Source of the DNA: Harriotta raleighana
Lineage: Eukaryota
DNA length: 64,000 bases
Assembly: GCA_050575255.1 (NCBI GenBank)
Contig: JBNZDD010013632.1
Location: 2,933,122-2,997,121, forward strand
Reading direction: 5' to 3'
The notes beneath the pieces are model-generated. The model was not told the DNA's origin and searched no databases. It saw only the letters and a program-made list of their open reading frames with translations. The first letter of the stretch is position 1. Every line of letters begins with the position of its first letter. The position numbers and the translations under genes are program-made. Of this stretch, positions 25,556 through 36,890 are shown one piece after another.

Positions 25556-27632
25556 AACTTCAGGATCCATATCTGTAAAGATAAGAATACATATTTTCAA
25601 GTGTTAATTTGTATAGATGTATTTTACAACTGTATAAATCAGTTAAGTGCGTTATACAATTTGCAGATATGGTCTCGGGTATGATATGATTATTTTAAAG
25701 GGAATTATTGCAATAAACTCAATTTTGGATTTGCATCTAGTCAGTATTCATTTTGTTAAGTAAAGAAAGCATGTTTTGAGCAATAAACAATAAAAAATGA
25801 ATATTGGTACCAATAAATCATTTGCAAGTAATAAAATATGAACAATCCTTTAATTTGTTATCACAAATGAGCCTTTCAGTTAAAAAAAAACACTGGGTGT
25901 AAAAACATATAACTTGCCATAATTGCTGATGTCCACAAAGAAATGACATGGATCAATATGACCTCCAAGCTATTTTCAGTCAAATAGTTTTTATATAGAT
26001 TAGATTTAGCTATGTTACTTCTATTCATCCTTCCACTAATACCTCAATGTTTTAAAACTATCCTTTGTTTGTAAGATAGAGAAAATTGAATTGCTGCCGC
26101 ATGTATTTGCTATCAGCCACAATGAAGAACATTATAAATTAATTGCTGCCAATCAAGTGCTGTATTTCCTCATAAAATATATTTCAACCTTGGAAAGCCA
26201 AAAACATTTCGATTTTGGTGACTGTGACATGCGTTCATTTCCTGATGTTATCTTGTCCTCCCGACGTGAAAGGCACTCTAGAAATGTAATTTTGTTGTTG
26301 TTGCAATATATGATTTTTTTTACTGCTTCATAACACAATTGGAAGATAAAATATTCAATTTTATTCAGCCTATTAACAAAAAACAAGAATTTTATTGAGC
26401 TTAGTGTGCCCAAAGTGAGATTTTTAAAGATAATTGTTTTGCTAGGAACACAATGGACTCTCATTTGTAATATTCAGAAGTCTGCATTAGTTTAAATGAC
26501 AGTATAAGCTAATTTTATGTTTTAAGCATCTCTCTCTGTGGTATACATTTTTAATATTTTACAATTAATTATCAATTCTAATTTTTATGCAGTTGTAAAA
26601 TATAAGCATGACTCACTTGAAATAAAAATCTCAACATAATTTATTTATTGCATCTGCTAAAATACTTTTACCTCCAAATTTCTATTAAGTGAATCATAGT
26701 TTGCATCGATTAATAACATCTGTAAAGTACTAATTGCACAGATATTTTTCATTATGTAAAATTTCCAACTGTATGTCAAATTGTAATAAAAAACACAATT
26801 GGAGTTGCAATAACATAATGTTTTATTATTATTACATTATACCGGAAATCTTACTACTGTATTAAAATACATACACCAATATTTGAAGGGAATTTCATAA
26901 AAATTGATGAAACTCTTTAATAAAATGAATTGATTGCACCTTAAAACTCTTCTCTCTGTCACACAGCACAGATGACTTCACTATTCAGGTCAGTGAAACA
27001 TCTACAGCATTTGCAGCAGAAGGGTTAATCAAAGTGAATAATTTACTACAGAAAGGAATCCCTATAAGAGAAGAGAAATATGTGAAAAAAAATGCAGCTA
27101 TTCATCAAATAATTAAATTTTGTAAGGTGCTGTAGCATTCAGCAACCAAGGTAGATTTGATAGTATTTTTTCAAATTCAACTAGTTACAAATTATATTAT
27201 ATATACACATACAGACAATAATTAATCTTTCCCACATTTCCCCTAGATTTCGTCCCTTCAAATTCCTTTCACTCCCTGTAAGGTTCTATCTTAGCTTACA
27301 TCCCCTATTCATGGTTAAAAGAGAAGAACTTACTGACTTTGTGAAAAATGGCAATGGTTTTCATTAGCTATCCTTTAAAAGTACTGTTGGCAAACAATGC
27401 AAGAATGTAATAATTGACCAAAGTTGAGTGAGGTTGTATGGAACTTATTCCCTTAGGAAACCCTGAGGGAGAAAGTGAGTTAAGAGTTTTATTGAAATTT
27501 ACATTTCCAATTTGGGACTCCTTTTTTGTCTATCATTTAAACTGTGAGGTCTGTTATTTCAGGTTGATGTTATTAGTTTCAGGTTTGGAAGATTCTACGG
27601 TCTTTAATCCAACATTTGATATGCAACATTAA

Positions 27633-27970
27633 TCTCAAATGATGCTCCAATGCAGTGCTGGGGGTACATTGCATTATTGTGGCTGCCGTCATTTAGATGA
27701 GAGACTAAACTGTGGTTCATCTGCCTGTTCAGGTGGATGTTAACGATCCCAAGGCACTATTCCAAAAGAGAAAGATTTTTTTCCCAGCATCCTGGCAAGA
27801 AATCCTGCAACTAAATTTGGTCACTCACTCCACAACTGTTTGGGAGCTGTGTGCATTGGTTGCCATATTCCGCCCACAAAATGCACAGCTGTTTCACTTT
27901 GCAGCACAACCTGTGAAGCACTTTTACGCATCTCAAGACATGATAAGATGTTTTATCAAATGCAAGGAGT
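27633..27970 (+). mobile_element. Deu-domain SINE (SacSINE1/AmnSINE1-like), body and tail
   Basis: gctgccgtcatttagatgagagactaaac...ctgcctgttcaggtggatgttaacgatcccaaggcactatt matches the recalled DeuSINE central domain and is followed by the shared tail. Confidence 0.8.
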
Positions 27971-29169
27971 ACTTTTTTTTGATATTACAAAGTCAAACTT
28001 TTTTTGACTAAGCATTTCTTTTTAGCAGATTTCAACACTGGTCTAAGAATCAACAATCAGCTATACCACCTACAGAATACAACAGGAATAGCTATAAAGG
28101 GCAAGAGAAATATAAGCACCACCTAAAAAACAAAGAAACAGAAAGACATTAAATTATTCACTTTTATCTTTCCGAAATCCAATTGACTTGATTTTCTTTT
28201 TATATCTGTTACTTGCACTAAATGTGCTAAGTCTTTGTTTGCTGCAATCCGGTTTTGTTTCTTACTGGCTCATAGTCCTGCTTCCTTCAGTTGTTTAATG
28301 ATCTTTCCGAATCCCTTAGCTCTACTGGTGTCCTTTACTGCAAGTTTTAAAAAAAAGACTTCAAAGCAGGTGCAGGTAATTAATAGCTGAGGGGAACATA
28401 ATCTAAACCACAGGCTCTACTTTCACACCCAAGCATGTTTCCAGATCCAGCCGGCATGGGAGGACAATTCCCTGAAGCACCTATGTCTGTTTCCTCTGAA
28501 CAACCTCGCTGGGCCTCTAGTTATCACATCTGCATTTCAAAACACCCTATCTCTGGTATTAATTATTAATTAGCCTACCGTCACTCATGAGGATTTGATC
28601 TCTAGTCTGCACTGACCTCCATTGCACTTTTATGCAGTGAGGGTCTTAATAGAACTCTTATATACCATATCCTCTTTCTTATTTAATATACTATCATCTG
28701 TTGTAGATGGGTAAGAAACAATACTTCAATTTGTGCATGGCTTTATGATGCAGACTTCCACTGAAGACATATAAATGTGCAATATTATTTGACTGGAATA
28801 TTTGAAGTGATAAAAGATTTGATCACGTCTACATATTTGGGACAGTCCTGACTTACAGACTACTGCTATAATGAGGAGCCAAATGTGTATGCATCTTCTA
28901 TCCATGCAATATAATTTCCATTACCTTCATAATGCTGAAGCATTTATGGTTTTCTTTTCTTGGACTACATTACACCGGCAATGTAATTTGGGCTCTGTGG
29001 TTTCCCAATCTGATTTGCTTGCAGCATAATTTGACGCTTCTTTATTAACAGATTCAGATGGATCGGTGGGCATAGTCAAATAAAATTAAAAAGCAGTTGA
29101 GAAAGGCAGACAAATCATTTAGGAGTCAGTACCACACACCAAGTGGTATATCAGAAACACTCGTATCAA

Positions 29170-29325
29170 AAGACAAAATACCGCAGAAATCAGAGGAAAA
29201 AACAGAAGTCGCTGGGAACACACAGCAGGCCAGGCTAAAGGTTATCGACCTGAAACGTTAACTAATTGTCCTCTCTCCATAGATGCTGTCTGACCTGCTG
29301 CGTGTTCCCAGTGACTTCTCTTTTT
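29170..29325 (+). mobile_element. Hairpin repeat of the Penelope/retrozyme-associated type
   Basis: Inverted arms ~29205-29236 and ~29288-29319 (28/32 complementary) enclose aaggttatcgacctgaaacgttaac. Confidence 0.7.
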
Positions 29326-29774
29326 GCACTATTACCAAAAGTTGTCAAAGTAGTGAGATAAGGAGGCAAAGACTACTGCCAACAACCGGAGAATGGTTCT
29401 AATCCCCCAACTAAGTGGTTCTGGAAGAGAACTGGGCAGCTTCAGTCCTCAGCAACAAAAAAAATGTGGAGGGCATTCAATAACCGCATGTATCAAAGCT
29501 ACTTCCAGTAAAGCCTTGCCCTTTAACCAACAACCCTAAAACCCACATCCATCACAGGGGAAAAAACAGGAGGGTATTGAGAGGAAGTCATTAGAGTACA
29601 GGCCACTAGCCTCATTCACGTTACTCATTACAGCTAGTTTATTCACAATGGAAGTGCATATACAGTACTTTCATAAATGTTCCAGTTATCTATATTAAGC
29701 TACTTCAGTCCATTGTTAAACGTTTCCATCAATAAAATCCAATGAAAGTGGATAGTGGCATTGGGTTAGGAAGA

Positions 29775-30992
29775 CAACAACAACAACAACAAAATTACAC
29801 TTGTATGACGCCTTTCACGACAGGAGGACGTCCCAGATTGCTGAACAGTCAGGTCGGGACCTGAGCAGTGGGGGAGGGTCAGGAGTAGGGGGAGGGGGAA
29901 GGAGAGTGGGAGACGGGGAAGAGATGGGGAGAGCCGAAGGCGCGGTCGAAGAGGAAGGTCTTGAGACTGGCCTTGAAGGAGGAAAGGAAGGAAGCAAGGC
30001 AGAGGGACTGTGGAATGGAGTTCCAAAGTATGGGGGCAGAGAGGCTGAAAGCCCGGCCACCGATGGTTGAGCAGTTAGGGCGATGGACGCGGAGCAGGCC
30101 TGAGTCTGCTCAATGGAGAGTGCGGGCGGGCTGATGGGGAGACAGCAGGTCAGAGAGATAGGCGGAGACAAGGCCATGAGCGGCCTTGAAAGTGAGGACG
30201 CGGATCTTGAATTCGATCCTCTGGGGGATGGGGAGCCAGTGGAGACGGGCGAGGGTGGGAGTGATGTGATCACAAAGCCTGGTGCGGGAGAGTACACGAG
30301 CTTCAGAATTCTGAATGATCTGCAGCCTGTGAAGGGAGGAGTTGGGAAGGCTGACGAGGAGAGAGTTCCCGTAGTCGAGCCTAAAGGTGATTAAGGCGTG
30401 AATGAGGGTTTCGGTGGCATGGTGGGTGAGGTAGTGTCAGAGCCTGGCAATATTGTGGCGTTGGTGGAAAGTGATACTGGTCAGGGAGCAGATATGAGGG
30501 AGGAAGGACAGTTCGGGTTCAATCAAGACCCCCAGATTCCTGACTGGCTTCAAGAGGTGGAGAGAACAGCCTTGAATGCTGATGTTGTCAGCGCCTGAGG
30601 TGTGGAGGCACTGACGCGAGCCAATCAGGGGGGCCTCCGTCTTGTTGACATTGAGTTGGAGGAAGTTGGTCCTTGTTCAAGACTCAATGCCGGTCAGAGA
30701 CACAGACAGAACGTCAGTAGTCCTGGAGTCGAGGGAGGAGGCGGAGAGGTAGAGTTGGGTGTCATCCGCATACATGTGGAAATTTACCCCATGTCTGCAG
30801 ATGATGTCGCCCAAGGGGAGCAATAAGAGGGTGAAGAGCAGGGGGCCAAGATAGAGCCCTAGGGAATGCCGCATGTGACTGTGCAGGGGCTGGAGTAAAG
30901 CCATTGGAAGATACAAAGTGAAGGCGGTGGGAAAGATATGACTGGAACCAGTGAAGGACAGAGCCGTGAAGATTGGAGAGGGAGGAGAGGCC
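29775..30992 (-). mobile_element. 5'-truncated L2-clade LINE (RT domain remnant plus 3' tail)
   Basis: Translates LGPLLFTL...[24 protein letters not shown], with the RT YADD motif at 30761-30772; frameshifted and stopped. 3' end reads ctgggacgtcctcctgtcgtgaaaggcgtcatacaagtgtaattt(tgt)n. Confidence 0.93.
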
Positions 30993-33210
30993 CTAGTTTT
31001 CTAACCAAAAAAACCTAAAGTAATAATACAATCAAAATGATACTGTTGGAAAATATTTCATGCTAATAAGCAGTTTGTAAGAAATATTTCAAGGAAGAAC
31101 TGGTACTAGTGCTTTAGTATCCTAGATATGATAAAATAAATTAAGTTAAATGAAAAACAAATCCTTGCATTTGATATCATGTTTTTCACATCAGCAAGAT
31201 ATATCAAAGGATACACAGGAAACTGAAGTGACTGTGTATTTTGTAGATCAAGGTTACTTTATGTTCTTCATATGTACAAAAATAATGGTATTCTCCACAA
31301 AATAAAGTATTGTATTTTTAGAATTTGTGGATATTAGGAGCCAGTATTTTTAATTCTGTGTAGTCTTCTGGGTTTTTTGTGCCATTGCAGTGGATAGAAA
31401 TTTACATTCACACCATATAACCAGTTAGACGTCAATACCAATAAATTAGGTAGTGGTGACCTTTCCCTATGACAGTCTTTCAAAATTGCATTGCAAAAAT
31501 AAACCTTTCTAATAAAGGAAATCACAGAGATCTGTGAAATCACTAAGAAAGTGTAAACCCAGTTTGATTATTCTTCATATATAGACCAACAGAAAGGAAT
31601 ATTTAAGGTTTTTCACAATCTTCTGGAGCAGTACCAATAATCCTGCTGTAAAACAAAACCCAATGTAAGGCTGAAAGGTTTCCAATTATGATTGTTCTGC
31701 TTTCATCTATTTGCCATTTGTTGTAGATGACTTAAAAACACAGTGTGCAACAGTCATTAAAATGCGTATTCATACAACATACTCAATATCACTGTGCATC
31801 CCTCAATACATTCAGCAAATCCAAGGCATTACACTGCTAAGTCTAGTAGAAATGATGGCTTTGTAATGGATTCTTTTAATCCCAGTGGATAGAAAAAAAC
31901 TGTTATGATACAGCCCATAAAATGGCTATAGGGACTGGGCTAATCTTTCTTGTGCTGGGGTTCTTTCAACACCTATATGTCATTATACATGATTAGTACT
32001 TAAGCTTTATGCAAAAATAATGAAAAGATGCTGGGCAGAACTTTAAAATTTCCACGAATATTCCCCTTGGTTAGCCTTTGCTTTACATACTTAATGACTG
32101 GGAATAATGTCATTGGAACATTGTTCAGTGATGTAGCAGCAGTTATCCCCATACTTGATTGCACTTGAGTTGACCTTGTGCAGACATGCAGTATTTTGTA
32201 GCTCAATACAAATGAGCTGGGCACAAATAGAATTTGAACCAAATAATATATATACCTCGTGCTACTTCTGTTTTAATACAGCACTAATGCCATCTTTTCT
32301 TTCTTTTTTCCACAGTGTGGTTTTTTTTTGCTCACAGTCCTCAAAAGAAAGTTCTGTATTATTTCTCGATTCACAGTCTGAATACCCCACATGTTTCTTT
32401 GCATAACCCAAACTGTAGGTGACAAGTGCTGAAATAACATAGGAGTGATGGATATTTTCACCACCCAATAGAGTGTTAAATCACGTGAATGCAAAATAAA
32501 CATAATACACACATGTGAGTTATGACAAGGTAGTTGTCAGGCTATACACAATTTAGCATTAATTAAATGGTTATGTTACAGATTCGCAGGAATATTTATT
32601 CACATGGAATAACGGAATATTTCAACACCAGCCGTGAGCTCCAGCCCTACTTGTGTGAAATCGCATCATAAATTACTTGAGGCTGTTGTGTTTATAATAT
32701 TTACTGCAAAATCTATTTTTTAAACAGTTTCTATACAAACTAAATGAACACTGAACTCATATCCAAAATATTTTTTTGCTGGCATTCTGATTCATGTTTA
32801 TTACTGCTTTTCAGTTTTGGTTAAAGCCTTAAAAATAATATGCTGCAGGATGTGAAACTTTCATGTATTTCAAATCATCTTAATGTAACCATTCATGGTT
32901 TTCAACAATGGTATCAGGAAAAAGGCAAAGATTTAGCAAGCCATATCATAGTGATTTTAAATGCAGCTCTAGACAATATGGAATTATTCTCTCAGCTCAA
33001 GAGTACCACACACTACTTCCCAGCAGATTCAAAATTTAATGAAATATTAATAAAATAATGTTTTCCCCATTTGTTTTAAGTGACGACTTATTTTATTAGA
33101 CAGTAATAAATAAGGTGCAAATAGAATTTATATCATAATCCAATTTCTTTATTCTAGGTAGATTTATTAATTTGAAAGGTTTACAGAAGCAAATATTTTA
33201 CATTTACATA

Positions 33211-33559
33211 ATAATAATCCTTTGTTATAACATCTTATCACGCTGTTGAGATGTCTCAAAGAATATACTTTAAAGTGAATCGATTACATATCTTGTGGAC
33301 AAAATGTGGCAGCCAATTGTGCACAGTGGTGTCCCACAAATAGTTGTAGATTGACCAAATATTTTTTTGTTTTTAAGGCATTATTACCCCCGTAAAAGCA
33401 ATCAGCCAATAGACGAACCCACTGGGTTTCTACATACTGCTAGATAAACAGGTGTGTGGAGTAAAGAAACTTGCTAAAGATTTTGCCCCACCTAGGAAAT
33501 AAACCGGGGTCCTCTCATTTATGAGTCGAGTGCGTTAACCACTATGCTTCAGGACTCCA
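33211..33559 (-). mobile_element. Full-length tRNA-derived SINE (type B head) with shared tail
   Basis: Minus-strand head ggagtcctgaagcatagtggttaacgcactcg...ccggtttatttcc (A/B-box like), body with cacacctgtttatctagcagta, and (TTA)n tail. Confidence 0.8.
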
Positions 33560-33695
33560 CAATTTCGGATAAATCAGATTTCTAAAATAATGCTGGTTGT
33601 GTTTTGTGTTTTGAATGTGTTTGGATTAATCAAACAATACCAAATTTGCAGTATTGCACAGTTCAAAATATTTATCTGTTAGGGGCCAGAGATTA

Positions 33696-34013
33696 TAATA
33701 ATCCTTGTATTTATTTAGTTTTTTATCATGTTGGAAAGTCTCAAAGCATATAACAGAGTTTACTGTAAAGTGAATGACCAATTATTTATCTGGGAGATTG
33801 TTGGCCAAGACATTGGGAGAAACTCAAATTGGTAGTAGGATTTTTGATATCCACATAAACAGACTCAGTTTAATAGCCCATCTGTAAGATACACTTTGGA
33901 CAAAGTACCACTTCCCCATCACTGACTGGACTGTCAGCCTCAACAAGCAAGATTATTATTATTATGATATTATCATTCTGATGAAGCAAGAGTAACTAAG
34001 CCAACCTGACACC
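33696..34013 (-). mobile_element. Degenerate full-length Deu-domain SINE
   Basis: Tail at 33696, Deu-like core, and minus-strand head gggtgtcaggttggcttag. Confidence 0.65.
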
Positions 34014-34295
34014 CATGCTAATTCACAATACAAATTCACAACATCAGAAACATCATTGTTAAGTGAGAAATATCATACACTATTCTAGTTGATACCTAGA
34101 TCAGGTACAGATCCATCAGAGCAACCTTGCATCTACAGGAAACAACAAGAGCTCGATGGTTATTTATTTGCTGAGGTTAATACACAGAGCAACTTTACCT
34201 TTCTCTGTCACCCTCTTTTGACCATCCCAAGTGAAATATGTTGGGTGACTAAAGCTGACACTTTGTGATACAGAACTCACCTATATCAAACTTTG

Positions 34296-34728
34296 CTCCC
34301 CGATTACCCCAGTCCTTGCCAGACTTCACTGGCTCCCTGTCTCAGAGAGGATCGATTTCAAGATCCTCACTCTTGTTTTCAAATCCCTTCACTCCTTTGC
34401 AACCCCCTACCTCTTTGACCTCCACTCTCCTCACAACAGCACCCATTGCCTTCGTTCTATTGGGTCTGGCCTCCATCTTATCCCCCCAAATCCTCCGCTC
34501 CACCATTGGCGGCCATGCCTTTGGCCATGACACCCCATGGCTCTGGACTCCCTTCCTCACTCCTTTCGCCTTGCCCCCTCTCTTCCTATTTTCAGGTCTC
34601 GGCTAAAGACCTTTCTTTTCGACCATGCTTTTGGTCACCTTTTTAACTTCCCCCTGGAGTGGCCCTGGGATCCGTTATTGGGAGGCGCTTTGAGACGACG
34701 TCCGGTGTAAATCCAAGTTGTTGTTGTT
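34296..34728 (+). mobile_element. L2 LINE 3' fragment
   Basis: Reads PITPVLARLHWLPVSERIDFKILTLVFKSL (typical L2 ORF2 C-terminus) and ends in (TTG)n. Confidence 0.88.
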
Positions 34729-34805
34729 TTTCCATATTGATCAAATTCCTTGTGGATTTCCATCGTGTTTTACGAGTGATGAATATGATTTCTCCCAATG
34801 GTTAT

Positions 34806-35797
34806 GTTTTGCATATGGTTTTGTGAGCGGAATCTATCTTAATCAAAGTTGTTGTCATGGGTTAAGCTGCTGTCTGTCATTTAACAAAATAGGTTTCACA
34901 ACAATCTTCTGGAAAAAAAACATTAAATTAATTAGGTGTCTTCTCCAGAAAATGTGAGGTGAAATGGATCCTTTATTGTGGCAAAGCAAAAATAGAAACT
35001 CATTGTTTTTATGGGTTTTGCATATGTTTTTTGGGGGTGTACTCGAGAGCCTGACGTCTACTGGAATACAATTTCATGGTCAAACAGTACAAACAGTGCT
35101 TCTTTAAAATGAACCATTTACCAAAGTTACCAATTAGCACATACTAGTAATTAGTTAATTTCTTATTGAGGTGAAGAAGCTCATTTCCTGCTTGTTTGAA
35201 TCCTGGGTTCAGCAAACTGTATGGAGCTGCTAAGACCCAACTCCCTCACTCTGACATGTTCATACAATTCACGGCTTACATAACATATCCTTTTCTTCAG
35301 AACTAATCGCCAACATCCAACCTCTTTGATTTTAAACTACTAATCTTTAATTGTAATGCATCGCATTGTAACATGTATTTAATTTACATCTGTTCAATTG
35401 AACGTTATCTTTGTGTGTGCCATTTGCTGGATTCTGGAGTTAATACATTTTCGTTGAGAGCAAACCTTTTTTCACGTGACTTTTTTGACAACTGACATTG
35501 CATTCTTAATGGTAGAAATTGTTTTCACAAGTATGCTTTATTTTTGGATAAGCACAAAGAACCAATTTTGAACTACCATTAATTTTTAAATGAACAAAGT
35601 TAAGCAGAAAATACATTTGTGAATGGAATCTATCTTAATGGGTTAAGCTGCTGTCCGTCATTTAACAAAATAGGTTTAACAACAATCATCTGGAAAAAAA
35701 ACATTAATTTAATTAGGTGTCTTCTCCGGAAAATGTGAGGTGAAATGGATCCTTTATTGTGGCGAAGTAAAAATAGAAACTCATTGTTTTTATGGGT
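34806..35797 (+). repeat. ~180-197 bp direct repeat pair (34820-35016 and 35616-35797)
   Basis: Near-identical copies with several substitutions and a ~14 bp indel. The first copy is flanked by GTTTTGCATATG on both sides. Confidence 0.9.
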
Positions 35798-35910
35798 CAA
35801 TGCAATTATAGCAAAGAATTAAGGTGAATTCACACAACCTGCAGTGGGTTGAGTTATCAATGCACTGTATCAATGTGCCAACTGCTTGGCCTACCATGCA
35901 CTTCAGGTTT

Positions 35911-36042
35911 TAAATTCTTTGAAACCTTGCGATTGGCCATTTCCCTGGCATTGAACAGCATGTAGTGTTNCGAATCTAACTGCTAAATTCTTTGAAACCT
36001 TGCGATTGGCCATTTCCCTGGCATTGAACAGCATGTAGTGTT
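35911..36042. other. Assembly overlap duplication around n35970
   Basis: 35911-35969 is repeated at 35984-36042. Confidence 0.85.
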
Positions 36043-36804
36043 TAGTTAATTTCCTTTTGTACTTAACCACAACCTGAGAATAGCTTTTCTTGTCCCATTT
36101 TTAGTGGAAGCAGTGCTTCCCAGGGCCAGTCACAAGACCAGTCACGCGTTCAACAGGAAATGAACAACCGAACCATAGATAACCCATTGCTCTGTGGAGA
36201 ATCTAATGTGCGTTATAGGATCTGATGAATTATTGGATTAGGAGAATTAGTGATGATTTACCTGTTTGCTGAGTATTATGCAAGAATGGACAAATAGGGT
36301 TGATGGTCTTACTTTCAACAATAATTTTCTAATGCATCAGAGTAAAACATTAAGATCGAGAAGCAAACCATTGACCCTGAAATACAACCCATTCTCCTCA
36401 ACCCAGTCCATCGCACGTTGAATCTCCATGTGAACCACAGGAATTGCTGAGCCAGAGTCCATAGTACAGGTGAACACAAGTTTATATAGTCAATTTCGAG
36501 ATATCGTTCCTGCATTGTTACAACGGAGCAACCTGTTTTAGTAAAGGAAATATTTGAGTATCCAACCAAAAGCCAATTATTACTCAGCCTAATTCAGGTG
36601 GCTTTACCTTCATTCTCCCTTTACATTGCATGTGCAGCTACAATTTCAATTTGCAGTACAAACACTTAAAAATAAATTTGCAGCTATTTCATTTTCTTTT
36701 TTTTTAGAAAAATGATTGCAACTATACCCCAATATGGCAAATCAGCTCCTCTTACCAGGTGAAGATACTTAAAATACTATATTGCTTGCGCTCTCTTGCT
36801 GTAT

Positions 36805-36890
36805 GGTTAATTGGAGTCGGGCTCCACCTGACTAAGCGCCCTGAGATGTTACCCTGCATGGAGGACGCTATATAAGAGCAAGGTGTTGTT
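36805..36890 (+). mobile_element. L2 3' terminal fragment
   Basis: ttggagtcgggctccacc...aagcgccctgaga...gctatataagagcaag...ttgtt matches the tail of the 57.6 kb L2 copy. Confidence 0.65.

Noticed and set aside
29766-30916. Cluster of ORFs as a functional reverse-transcriptase system
   Set aside because: Frameshifted, 5'-truncated L2 LINE remnant.
34820-35799. TRIM/LTR retroelement reading of the direct repeat pair
   Set aside because: The first copy does not end in CA; no primer-binding site, polypurine tract or 4-6 bp TSD around the whole unit.
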